Below, one piece after another: positions 24,205 through 36,029 of a DNA stretch of 45,958 nt. The DNA comes from Chiloscyllium plagiosum. Taxonomy: Eukaryota. Under the pieces are notes generated by a model, which was not told where the DNA came from, ran no database searches, and saw only the letters and a list, made by a program, of their open reading frames with translations. A program made the translations under genes and the position numbers. The stretch covers positions 21,682,344 through 21,728,301 of the forward strand of contig NC_057720.1 in NCBI RefSeq assembly GCF_004010195.1, written 5' to 3'. Positions within the stretch are counted from its first letter, which is position 1, and every line of letters begins with the position of its first letter.

Positions 24205-25330
24205 CCTTTGGGAAGAGTGACCACAATAGGATAGAATTCTTCATTAAGATTGGGAACAATGTACTGTAATTGTTTTTGAGTCGAGGGTGCTGAATTTAAA
24301 TAAAGGAAATTACAATAGTATGAGCTGTGAACTGTCTGTGTTAAATTGGGGATTGTTATATTAAGGAATTGATGGTATATAGACAATGTTTAGCAATTAG
24401 GAGTGCATGGACAAACTTTAAAAGTTATTCACCTTGGTTTGGATTCCAGCAAAGGGAGACAAAGAAATATGAGGGGAGGTGGGGAATTATCATGAAACTG
24501 AAGCAATTCTGAAAGCTTCTATGGCTCTGTGAAGAGAAGAAGATCAGAAAAAAAGATGACTATGGGACTGCTACAGTCAGAAAAGAGAATTTACATTGGG
24601 GAACATGAGATGGCAGACAAATTAAATATATGACTTTGGTTTATTTTTACAAAAGGAATACACAATTAATATCCCAAAATTATTGAGAAGTACAGGGTCT
24701 AATAGGAAAAAGGAATTGAAAGAAATTAATTTTAATTGGGAAATGGTGCTTGAATACCTAATGGGATTAAAGGGCGGATAATTCTCCAAGGCCTGGGGAG
24801 CTTTCCAGAGTCCAGTACTTAAGGAAGTAGTCCTAGACTTAATGAATATGCTAGTGGTCATGTTTAAAAATTCTATAGACTCTGGAAAAGCTCATATGGA
24901 TTGGAAGGTAGCTCATATAACCTCACTATTTCAGAAAAGAGGCAGAGAGAAAACACTGATACATACACCAGTTAGCTGGATATCGTTGTGGAAATTTCGG
25001 TGTCCATTACAAAAGATGCATAGGAGAACATTGAGAAGATACTGATAGGATTGGACAGAGTCAGCATGGATTTACAAAGGTAAAGTCATGCTTGACCAAT
25101 CTGCTAGAACTTTTGGATGATGTAATTAGTAGCATAGAGAAGGGAGAGACAGAAGATGTAGGTTACTTGGACTTTCAGAAGGCTTGCCTTACGATTCCAC
25201 ATATGAGACCTGCATGCATAGGATTGGAGTTTGTGTACTGAAATTGATTGAGAATTGATTGGTATACAGGAACCAGTAGGAATAAGTGGGCCTTTTTCCA
25301 AGTGGAAAGGTGACTAGTGTGGTACGGTAG
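24205..25330 (+). mobile_element. Old CR1 LINE ORF2, continuation of 22385-22510
   Basis: FKNSIDSGKAHMDWKVAHITSLFQKRGREK; LDFQKA-like at about 25167. Confidence 0.75.
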
Positions 25331-26654
25331 GGTCAGTGTCTCCAACTTCTACCATTGAGTTTGCCACTTTCCTCAACATATCACTGTCCCCTAATACTGA
25401 AGAGGTATTGAGCAAAGATTCAGATAATATAATCTGCAATTTAGAACAAGTTGGCAACATTGAGTAAAAGGCAACGATGGTGTGTAACTATTGTGATGAG
25501 GACAGCAAAATAACAGCAATAAATGATGACACTGGCACTTCCTGCACCACTATAAATATCATCAATCTGTATAAAGGTGTTAAGTTACACCAGCTGGTAA
25601 TCCAAAAACCGAAACCATTGAAGGTAATGGTGATGCTCTGTGCCGAATGATGCTAACCACAAGATGCCAAATTAATCTGCCAACGCAATGCTATGGCAAG
25701 CAGGAAGGTCTCAAATTCCAGGCATTAAACACAAAGCAAAAAGCCACTCATCTCAGCAGAAGCAAGTCAAAAGATTGGACTAGTAACACTAAATGTGCCA
25801 AGTGTTTTGTGTAGTGTTTCACAGGCCACTTTGACTGATGAACAGTAAAACAGAGTGAGACAAAAACTGATGGAAAGAGGTGTCTAAGGCGACAGAATAA
25901 ATCTGCAGAATCAGCTAAGAAGATTTCAAAACACAACCAGACAGCCCAGCATTCCAACCAGCAGACATCTGGAGGAAAAGTTGACAATCCACGTGTGTGC
26001 CATGCAAATGAAGAGATTTACAAAAAAGGGGCTAACAAGGCCTTAGAACAGTAGAATACATAGTGGGTAAATTGGGAACTCACAGTATAAGTGACAATTC
26101 ATGTAGTGTTTTTTTTCTATGGAAAGCAGGGTGTTTGGTGTGAAGTGTAATACTCTACTAATGTCTTTCTAGATTCCTGCAATTATATGACCAGTAAGCT
26201 GAATAAATAGTTGATAAAAGGCTAAGTGGATCTTAAAATAAATAAACATAAATTATTATATAGAATAGATTTGCCTTTGTAGTTTAACAATTCCTTTGTT
26301 GTAACTTGGCAGTTTTTAATTTGCAAGCTTCCTTTACACTTTCACTTTTACAGAATGAGATGCACAACTGGTTCTAATTCTGTCAAGATACATATATTAT
26401 TAACTTCTAATTTTTTCTCTTCAGCTCCGAGGGTAAATGGATCCTGTTTGCTTTCTTTAAGTGGCATTTAGCACCTTCTGCTGACTGGTTATATTCTGCC
26501 TTCCATTTTGAAATGTAATGAAAACAGAATGGCTTCCATTTTGTCTGTAGTTATTTAACACAATAAAAACAGAAATTTTGGTGTTCATTACAGATGTCAC
26601 ATCTAAAGATGTATCAAGAAAAAGTCAAATGCAATAACCACTATTTGCTAAGAT

Positions 26655-26850
26655 AATAGGGAGAGGTTGAATTGGCTGGGGCCGTTTATTCTGGAGCATC
26701 GGAGCCTGAGGGGTGACCTTATAGAGGTTTATAAAATCATGAGGGGCATGGTTACGATAAATAGACAAAGTCTTTTTGCTGAGATGGGGGAGTCTAGAAC
26801 TAGAAGGCATAGATGTTTCCATGCTGTACATCTTTATGACTCTGTGATGT
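26655..26850 (+). mobile_element. CR1/HER1 3' end with an internal deletion
   Basis: LEHRSLRGDLIEVYKIMRG joined directly to the CR1 tail. Confidence 0.8.
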
Positions 26851-27068
26851 ATAATGATGGTGATTGATTGAAGTATCTCATTGACTAAACATAATTTAGA
26901 ATGAACCATTTGAATGGGTAGTTTTTTGTTTCCTGACATTCTATATGTCAAATGAGTAGAAGTTACTTTTGATTATGACATGCCACAAAAAGTACCAAAC
27001 AAATCACTCCAACAATTTTTCCAAGCAGATCTTGTCCATCATCTTTAATTCTTATTTCCCTCCTGACT

Positions 27069-27716
27069 GTTGTTGTGGTTCTGTTCGCCGAGCTGGGAAT
27101 TTGTGTTGCAGACGTTTCGTCCCCTGTCTAGGTGACATCCTCAACGCTTGGGAGCCTCCTGTGAAGCGCTTCTGTGATCTTTCCTCCGCCATTTGTAGTG
27201 GTTTGAATCTGCCGCTTCCGGTTGTCAGTTCCAGCTGTCCGTTGCAGTGGTCGGTATATTGGGTCCAGGTCGATGTGCTTATTGATTGAATCTGTGGATG
27301 AGTGCCATGCCTCTAGGAATTCCCTGGCTGTTCTCTGTTTGGCTTGTCCTATAATAGTAGTGTTGTCCCAGTTGAATTCATGTTGCTTGTCATCTGCGTG
27401 TGTGGCTACTAAGGATAGCTGGTCATGTCGTTTCGTGGCTAGTTGGTGTTCATGGTTGTAGATCGTTAGCTGTCTTCCTGTTTGTCCTATGTAGTGTTTT
27501 GTGCAGTCCTTGCATGGGATTTTGTACACTACATGGGATTTTTGTACCACTACAAATGGCGGAGGAAAGATCACAGAAGTGCTTCACAGGATGTTCCCAA
27601 GCACTAAGGATGTCACCTAGACAGGGGACGAAACATCTGCAACACAAATTCCCAGCTCGGCGAACAGAACCACAACAACGAGCACCCGAGCTACAAATCT
27701 TCTCACAAACTTTGAA
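27069..27716 (-). mobile_element. Penelope-like element (Penelope/Poseidon-type, family B), GIY-YIG 3' fragment with an inverted terminal repeat
   Basis: HVVYKIPCKDCTKHYIGQTGRQL..HEH..LEAWHS..IN; inverted arms 27068-27200 and 27546-27677; 12-bp TSD TCCCTCCTGACT at 27057-27068 and 27717-27728. Confidence 0.92.
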
Positions 27717-27729
27717 TCCCTCCTGACTC

Positions 27730-28140
27730 ATGCCTAGTCTTAAGTTGTCAGGTCTGTTCAAGGTCTATCTGATTTAGCATAGTGATAGTGCCATAAAACA
27801 CAATATAAGGTATATAAGGCAGGACTTCATCTCTAAAAGGACAGTGTGGTGGTCATTTTTACTGATACTGTCATGGATATATCTGCAGCAGACAGATTGG
27901 TGAGGATGAAAACATGTCTTTATGCCTTATGGATTTCCACACCACCTGCTACAGACCCAGTCTAGCAGCAATTTCTATTAGGGCTCAATCACCTCTAGCA
28001 GTAGTGCCATTGCCTAACCACTCTTGGTGATGGACATTGAAATCCCACCAGAATCCAATCTATGGCCTTGCCACCCGTCAGTGCTTTCTCCAAGTGCGTT
28101 CAACATGCTCATGCTTGACCTGGTGCCATGAGACTTCAAT
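27730..28140 (-). mobile_element. Family-2 LINE endonuclease region, degenerate
   Basis: Reverse-complement similarity to 10780-11170 (GDFNVHHQEW-like). Confidence 0.65.
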
Positions 28141-28429
28141 TGACATAGATATATATTAACACTTCAACTGCCTGTACACAACTAGTTTCAGGGGTCAGCA
28201 ATTCAAGACACAAGTTGATGTAATGGAGCTTCCAGCAGAAGGATCAATGATGGGGATGAGCACATCAGTTTCTCTGGGCTTTTCCTGCAATGTTTATAAA
28301 GATTTGTTGTCAGTGGAATAATGCATTCAATTTTTATAATCTATGAGCCATACGTGTGCTTAAATTGCTTGTTGCAGAAGGTATTTCCAAAGCTCACTGC
28401 TACAAAACAAATTGTTTTAATCACAAAGG

Positions 28430-29100
28430 GAAAGACACTGGTGGCACTAAGACACTAGAGTGCCAATCAAATGAAATAATTCAACGTGAGTTTGTGGCTT
28501 GTCAGATAACCATAGCCTGTGCAAGGTCCTGGTGAAGTTTAAGCTTGCCAGAAATGGCTGCATTCGGTAAATGACTAAACAACTCGGTAAACAATCATAT
28601 CCCAGCCAATCTTCAAAACTAAGGATCTTGTAATTGACTGTTCGACCACCAATGTCAACTGGAATGTCCACTGGAACAATTGCAACTTCTAACTATGACT
28701 TTTCATGAACAATTCAGAGACTGATCCATATGTGTTTTTTCATTTATTTCTGCCTTTTTGGACTCAGCTTTTATTTCTAATTTGTATGTGTTTTGTGTTA
28801 CTATTTGTTTCAAGTTTAATAATGAATAAGATTACTAAATCTTATGTGGATATCTTTGTTAATTCAGGAAAGCCTGGCTAACTTGGCTCCTTTTGCTATA
28901 TGAATTCATTTTGGTCTGAGGGAAAGATATCCACAACAGAAAGGATCCGTTTTTAAATTAAATTTGTTGCAACTAACAAGGGGTTGAGTGAACAAAGAAA
29001 GGGATCCAGTTCATTTCTCCTCACTTGTGAGTTTAATCATTTGGGCCATCCCCTCTAGAACCATTATAAATTGGGGAAATTTACCCAGGATCTGGTCATA
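28430..29100 (+). mobile_element. Probable degenerate LTR retrotransposon LTR remnant
   Basis: T-rich tract, AATAA signal and U5-like end near 29040; termini not resolved. Confidence 0.4.
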
Positions 29101-29242
29101 AAAATAGCATGATTAAAATAGCAGTGCAGTGTTTACGTCCATTCTTACCAAAGGATATTTGATTTGGATTTTGAAATGAATGGACCAAGGAATTGTTGGA
29201 AACACAAGGGAGCCTTGTTAGTCTAACTGACATAATCTACAC

Positions 29243-29883
29243 TGTGACGATACTGTAGCTTTAAGAGTTGTGTGTTGCCCTGGGGTTTCTTTTAGAGAGA
29301 GATTGAGAGACTGGTATTGAGCAGTCTATGAGAAGATAAACAACTTGTGAAGCCTTGGGATTTTTTTAAAGCTGGAACAATAGAAACAGCCTGAATGGGT
29401 GTGGTCAAGTTCTCGTCCACGTAACCAGCATTTTTAGTTTCTTAGTTTTTCAAGAGCTGCTGTTGCTGAGTCTGTTGCCACGCTACATCTCTCCCTACTA
29501 CACTCTTACAGAATTCTCTTGATGTCTTTCCTCTTTGGTTGCTGGAGCTGCATGTGAGACAATCTGCTTTCTGAATTTGCCTTTTTGCCAAGTGTTTATG
29601 GAATGTTACTATATTGGAATAGTTAATTAGTAATAGTTACTGCATCTATTATTCTGTTACGTTTTCCAATAGAGTTACAGCTAAGCCAATTTTTCATTCT
29701 TTCTTTTGTTGTATTTTAACTATAATGTATGAATAAAATATGTTTTGCTTCAAATCTGGTAGTTTAACCAACCAAATTGCATTTGGGATACAGCACCTTA
29801 CACTTACCTTTATAATAAGAAAAAGTTAAAGTTAGGACTATTTTCTGAATATATTTTGAGGGGGATTGATCTGGTCCATAACA
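29243..29883 (+). mobile_element. Solo LTR (Gypsy-like), 641 bp
   Basis: TGTGACG...CCATAACA termini; 4-bp TSD ACAC at 29239-29242 and 29884-29887; AATAAA at about 29732. Confidence 0.85.
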
Positions 29884-30882
29884 ACACCAAGTCTAATGAC
29901 TGGAGTGACTGAACCAACAGTCTCTAAATGAACCATTGGATGTCTTTCAGGAAAAAGGCGAAATCAGATTTGTAAATGATTTTTTTGGGAAATATGAAAA
30001 GCATTAATGTCAGCAATTCCAGTTTCGTGTGAACCTTCCTTAAAACAGCTTTTTCCAACCCACCTTAACTTATTGTACTCAGCAGAAACGGAAGACAAGT
30101 TTTCGAAAGGAGCATTTTGAACATTAGACTACAGTGTCAAGTACGGCTGTTGCTGGGCTACCAGTGATCAGGAGTCACCAAGCAGTTCAGCATTAAGTAG
30201 GCATTTACACTTTTTATATGCCAATAAAATATGACTACAGTCTCTCCACTCATCTCCCCCAATCAGCTTTATATGAAGTTTAGGACTGTTGTATTGCAGG
30301 ATTGAGTCCTGACCTCTGAGCCAGGACATCCAGAGTATAACACCATTTCTGAGTAGGTTGATTTGAAAATATCTACATTAACTAATAAATAAATGAAAAA
30401 GTAATCCATGTTCTCCCTTTCTGACTAGAAGTTCAAAGCATGATCTTCTCTAGGTGCCTAGCAACAAGCTTATGTAATTACTGAAGTCACAAATTAGATA
30501 AGAAAATTATTCATAGATGCTGCACCTCTGTTAACATTGCAGAACAATTGCTTTCCAGATCTGTTAATGCTGCTGATTATCGCTATTTCTTCAAAGATCA
30601 TTTACCATGAACAAATTGGGATGGTGGGGGGAGGAAATGGCTTTTAGTTTCATTGACTCACCAGCAGTTGCAGATCTTTTTGAAATCTGGGGAAGGAGAG
30701 GCTTTCAAAGCAAAATGTAACATCTGAGTTAGTTATTTGAAGCAGGTTAGAATTTGACATACTGGAAGAAGGGATGGAGTCCCAAAGTTATAAAACTGTC
30801 TCATTTTAATGTCTCATTTGCCTCCTTGAATGTAATGCTTAGCTCCGTAGGGATGGGAGATGATGCTAGTGAAAGCAAGAAG

Positions 30883-31197
30883 ATTAGATTAGATTACTTA
30901 CAGTGTGGAAACAGGCCCTTCAGCCCAACAAGTCCACACCGCCCCGCCGAAGCGCAACCCACCCATACCCTTACATTTACCCCTTACCTAACACTAACGG
31001 GCAATTTAGCATGGCCAATTCACCTAACCTGCACATCTTTTGGACTGTGGGAGGAAACCGGAGCACCCGGAGGAAACCCACGCAGACACGGGGAGAACGT
31101 GCAAACTCCACACAGTCAGTCGCCTGAGGCGGGAATTGAACCCGGGTCTCTGACGCTGTGAGGCAGCAGTGCTAACCACTGTGCCACCGTGCCGCCC
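30883..31197 (-). mobile_element. HE1-type SINE, full length, young
   Basis: GGGCGGCACGGTGGCACAGTGG head, B-box GGTTCAATTCC, (AATCT)n tail; near-identical to 44791-45109. Confidence 0.95.
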
Positions 31198-31634
31198 GAA
31201 TCTGATCCGGAGAAACAACATGAAGGCCCTGTCGAGGCACTACTTTGCTCTCCCCACAAACCCTGGTGAGCAGTTCTACATGTTTACATCTGTGGCAGCT
31301 TGGTTGTTAAACCAAACAGGACACTTCTTTGAACAACCCCAAGAATATGATGATCCAAATGCAACAATATCAAACATTCTGACAGAATTCCGTGCTTTGG
31401 GTGGCTCAGTAGACTTTCCTCCCTCCAAACTTAAGCAAGGTTATGGAGAGCAGGTGTGCTATGTCCTAGATCGCTTAGCTGAAGAAGCCCTCAAGCATAC
31501 TGGCTTTAACTGGAAGAGGCCTGAGTATCCAGCAGAGGAGATGGAAGAGGAGGCATTAATGGATGATGATGCTGAATTGACATTGAATAAGCTGGAAGAT
31601 GAGTTGATTGAAGAAGCAGATGATTTTGAAGAAG
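31198..31634 (+). pseudogene. IFT57: Processed (intronless) internal fragment of intraflagellar transport protein 57 mRNA
   Basis: RHYFALPTNPGEQFYMF..AAWL..FEQPQEYDDPNATISNIL..DFPPSKLKQGYGEQVCYVLD..EEALK..WKRP..DDAELTLNK matches IFT57 (about human residues 60-203); no introns, no N-terminus, no coiled coil, no poly(A); no stop codons. Confidence 0.95.
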
Positions 31635-31839
31635 GGGAGTCTTTCCAAGAACTCATGACTGAAGATTGCTCAGGAGGTAAACAGCAGGAGTATGGTGCCA
31701 CATTCCTGGATTTAGTGCTGAAAGTGGTACAATGCCTTAAGGATATGAAAGTTAAACAGTGTGGCACAATCAATGTGAAACACCTGAGGTTAAATAGACA
31801 GAGTCCAGATACCACTTTGCAAGTCAGAGTTTTATTTTA

Positions 31840-32198
31840 GGAGAAAGTGAGGTCTGCAGATGCTGGAGATCAGAGCTGGAAATGTGTTGCTGGAAAAGCG
31901 CAGCAGGTCAGGCAGCATCCAGGGAACAGGAGAATCGACGTTTCGGGCATAAGCCCTTCTTCAGGAATGAGGAAAGTTTGTCCAGCAGGCTAAGATAAAA
32001 GGTAGGGAGGAGGGACTTGGGGGAGGGGCGTTGGAAATGTGATAGGTGGAAAGAGGTCAAGGTGAGGGTGATAGGTCAGACTGGGGTGGGGGCGGAGAGG
32101 TCGGGAAGAAGATTGCAGGTTAGGAAGGCGGTACTGAATTTGATGGATTTGACTGAGACAGGGTGGGGGGAGGGGAAATGAGGAAACTGGTGAAATCT
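31840..32198 (-). mobile_element. PLE family A terminal fragment, young
   Basis: 13-bp TSD GAGTTTTATTTTA at 31827-31839 and 32199-32211. Confidence 0.9.
31933..31968 (-). ncRNA. Minimal type I hammerhead ribozyme motif with intact core
   Basis: AUUC-CUGAAGA-A-GGGC-UUAU-GCCC-GAAA-CGUC|GAUU. Confidence 0.75.
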
Positions 32199-32664
32199 GA
32201 GTTTTATTTTAACCTAAACATCACAAAACTTCAAACACTCTGATTCTGTGTTCCCCATACACCTAGTCAGGTTCTTACAATTATCCCTTAATTTACATAT
32301 AACCATTGCCTGTTCGGTAGTTCCATTTGGTTTCTGGTATACCTGTCAACTCTCCAGATTACTTAACTACATCATGATATTACACCAAAGCCTTCATTCT
32401 GTGGTCTCCAGCTTACTTCAGTGCATCACTCCTCATATCCCTTATTGGACACACCCATTATTCTTCATTATGTACTTTGTTTCATCCCTGTCCATCCACC
32501 ATTGTTACTCATACTCAATCTGATTCAATGTCATGACATGTAGAGAATTAGACATAGTCCTCCATTAGTCTCATATTTAATATTGTGGGCAAAGAGGCTT
32601 TGGAAATGAACAGTGTTTCAGAATGCCTGGTCTTCAGAATAGGAGTCTCTGTGCCAAGAAATAA

Positions 32665-32812
32665 CATCAGAAGGCACACGACACCACGTCACTTGACATA
32701 GGAGCAGCCCTCAGAAAGCTTGTGATTTCAAATAAACCTGTTGGACTATAACCTGGTATTGTGTGCCTTCTGACTTTGTCCACCCCAGTCCAGCACTGGT
32801 ACCTCCACGCCA
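32665..32812 (+). mobile_element. PLE-type terminal repeat family C, degenerate hammerhead
   Basis: Matches 40492-40680; TCAC-TTGACAT-AGGAGCAGCCCTCA-GAAA-GCTT-GTGA. Confidence 0.6.
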
Positions 32813-33319
32813 AGTAATAACAGAATTAAATAACATAAGGTATTATAGTGTGCATTCATTTTGGCTTGATATCAACAATCAGTGAAATGTGATGATATGC
32901 ATTATGACCATTGAAAAGTTTTTACCGTGGCAGTCCCAATTCATATCACCCACTGGACCTTGCATATCCCACAGGAAATGGTCTAGAACTATGAAAATGA
33001 TTCCTCAGAGGAGGTTACTCAGTCTGATGGTGTATGGCACTTATGCCAACTTTGCACTAGTTCAGAAATTCACACTTTGTTGGGACTGGAAATAAGATAG
33101 TGGGTTTACTTATCTAGTGATTCACGCATCATAAATATTTAAGAGCAGATGCTGGATTCAGAGACAATCGTGTAGAGTCTGCTTTGGAAAGTGGAGATTA
33201 TTCGAGCTCTGTTGAGCTAAATGCAAATGTTGGATCTTGATAGTCATTGACACCAAGAATCACAATGGATCAGCGGCAAAGAATTTAACAACTGGAAGGT
33301 TTTCCAGTTTTCCAAAAAT

Positions 33320-33470
33320 GGGCAGATTAGGTGGTTTGCCCATGCTAAATTGCCCTTGGTGTCCAGGGATGGTGGTTACCATTGAAAATGCAGGGATAAG
33401 GTAGGATGGGGTGCCTTTTGGAGGGAGCGGTGTGGGGTCGATGGACCAAATAGCCTACTTTCATACTGTT
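33320..33470 (+). mobile_element. HE1-type SINE 3' fragment, diverged
   Basis: CCATGCTAAATTGCCC core and tail similarity. Confidence 0.7.
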
Positions 33471-34098
33471 AAAAAACTGATTGATGAAACACTAACATTG
33501 GGTCATTCACCTGATCAACAGCAAAGTACCCAGCTCATTATTAGCACAAAAGAGCAATGGGAAAGAGAGGGATAATAATGAAATGGACATACAAGTGATG
33601 ACTCTTTTTCAAGCGAATCCATTGTTACCACTCCCCAATCAATCAATGCACCATCTACTGTCTCACATCCTAATGGCCAAGTCTGCCTCTGCACAGGCAC
33701 TGACAAAACAGTCTTTGGCAGGCCCGCAGGAGAGTACAAAATCCAGAGGATGGCAGCCAATAACATCTCAGCAGCTGCTGTGGGGATCTCAACCGCTTTT
33801 TCTACCTCTACAGTAGCACTATAGAATTGTGAGGAAAGGGGGAATAAAGATTTGTAGTTGCACAAGAGTTATGCCCAAGATGTCTTACACATTAGGTAAA
33901 GTTTTTGAGAAAAAATAATTATTTACATAGCTTTTTTAGTTTTGCTAATGCTAGTTGGTCCCTGACAAGTGACCTTTACACTTGTAGTGAAGAAGAATAC
34001 AAAAATTAAACAATGGATGGCAGTGAAAGAGATGTTGGGAACAAAGGAAGAATTTGGCATGTGGCTGCCAGGTGGGTACATTGTCAAAGGATTCTACA

Positions 34099-34410
34099 GG
34101 GTGGCATGGTAGCTCTATGGTTAGCAATGCTACCTTGCAGCACCAGGGTCCCAGGTTCAATTCCAGCCTCAGACAACTGCCTGTGTGGAGGTTGCACATT
34201 CTCCCCATGTCTGCATGGGTCTCCTCCAGGTGCTCTGGTTTCCTCCCACAGTCCAAAGATGTGCAGGTCAGGTGAATTGGCCATGCTAAATTGCACATAG
34301 CGCTGGGTGCATTAGTCAGAAGGAAATGAGTCTGGGTGGGTTACTCTTCAGAGGGTTAGTGTGAACTGGTTGGGTCAAAGGGTTTGTTTCCACTCTGTAG
34401 GATTCTAATG
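34099..34410 (+). mobile_element. HE1-type SINE, full length
   Basis: Head GGGTGGCATGG, B-box GGTTCAATTCC, core TTCCTCCCACAGTCCAAAGATGTGCAGG. Confidence 0.88.
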
Positions 34411-34783
34411 TATGGCTCTTCAACACCTTGCAGCTCCATTATTTTCCAGTTGGATTGCTGTATCATGAAGAAAGCCAAAAACAAAATTCAGGCCAAGGGT
34501 CTTGTTTGGTTATATGGTTCTTTTGTTTTAATTTCCCCGGGTGTTTGCTGACTGGTAGCGAGCTCTTCCCAGTCATTAACAGGAAAGCTGCTGTGCTTCA
34601 AGAAAAGCTTCGGAGTGTCTTTGAAGGAAATTACATTTCCTCTGGTGTAATGTTGTCATTCCAAAATTCCGAAAACACAACCTGACTGATCTATAATTGT
34701 AGAGTTAATAGTGCTGACTTTATTTAATTCCTATTTATGGTGAAGTTTGTTTTTGTTTAAAAATGCAAAATCTTATGACATAG

Positions 34784-35018
34784 CAGGAATTGGTTTAGCT
34801 CAGTTGGCTGGATTGTTGGCTTCCTGAGCAGTATGATGCTAACAACATAGGTTCAATTCCCATCACTGGTTTGAGGATACCATGAAGGACTCTCCTTCTC
34901 ACCCTCTTCCCTCATCTGAGGTCTGGTAGCCCTCTGGTTAAAGCACCACCAGTTGCTTCTCTCCAATGAGAAAGAGCAGCCCCTATGGTCTGGTAATACT
35001 ATGGTGACACAACAACAA
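34784..35018 (+). mobile_element. tRNA-derived SINE, second family, inserted in a probable LTR remnant ending CATAACA near 35087
   Basis: A-box TAGCTCAGTTGG, B-box GGTTCAATTCC, (CAA)n tail, TSD-like ATG(A/G)CATAG on both sides. Confidence 0.75.
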
Positions 35019-36029
35019 ATGGCATAGTTCTATGTCGGTTTATCACTGGATGTTTAAGCATTAACAGCCCCCAACAGGAACATAACAAATCTCCAAACGA
35101 GGTCAAATGGTAAGAAGTTATTCTTTTCCAAGATTATCATGGAAGAAAATGCTAGTTTGTGTGGATAATGTTTATTCATTGAATTCCTCCACTGATGGCT
35201 GAACAATAATCTCCAAAAATCAAAATCTGATCTGACCTGATATTAAGGATATCATTAGCCTTCAAATAGAATGAAAACTTTTCTATGCTATCAATGGGAT
35301 TCATATTAACAAAATATTGCAATCCAATCTGAATTGTCTGTGTGAACTTGCTTCTACTAGTATATATTGTTGCAATATCATCTGCAAGAGCTAACTGTGC
35401 CTGCTATTAATAAACAATTATATTATCACTGATCGTCAGCCTATTGATTTCTCAATTTCTGTGACTTATAAAGCAAGGGAGCTTTTAGAAGAGCTAGGCT
35501 GAATACTTTGGCAGTTGAATCAAGAAGGACAACTGTAGCTGGGTAACCAAAAACCCTAAAACAAAGGAGAAGCTGAAAAGAAAGAAAAGTACCAGCTATG
35601 TTAACATGGAGGCAATTAGATAGTAAATAAGTTCCAGCCATTTGAGTTACCCTGTTTTTTTCTCCAAATTCTGAAAAGATTGCATTCTGAAGAATTAGAG
35701 AAATATTTCAGTGTTTACTTGCCTAACCAGTCAGGAAATCATCTGCAGTGAATTCTCTTCTCAATCCTGCATTATTTCTTCTACCCAAAGATCTATCCTT
35801 AACCTCTTTTTTTTATCATCTATAATCCAGTACTTGCAGCATTACCCTAACAGTGCAGTTTCCACATGTAACCTGATTAAACACAGTTCTACATCACTAA
35901 CGTCTTTGTCAATTCCTCCACTATTTTAAGTTCTCATGTTGTTTGTCTAACATGCATTAGCAAATGAGCAGAAATTTTCTCTCTGAACACTAAATCTTTC
36001 ACCCTGACTACAAACTCCATTTTCTATGT

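Noticed and set aside
25475..26055. Coding-like stretches (MVCNYCDED...; KRCLRRQNKSAES...)
   Set aside because: Multiple stops; the BED-finger resemblance is too weak.
31459..31815. Ser-rich antisense ORF
   Set aside because: Shadow of Glu/Asp codons on the opposite strand.
31169..31840. 223-aa ORF as the functional IFT57 gene
   Set aside because: Starts inside an antisense SINE, covers only about a third of IFT57, has no introns, and its C-terminus is unrelated flank.
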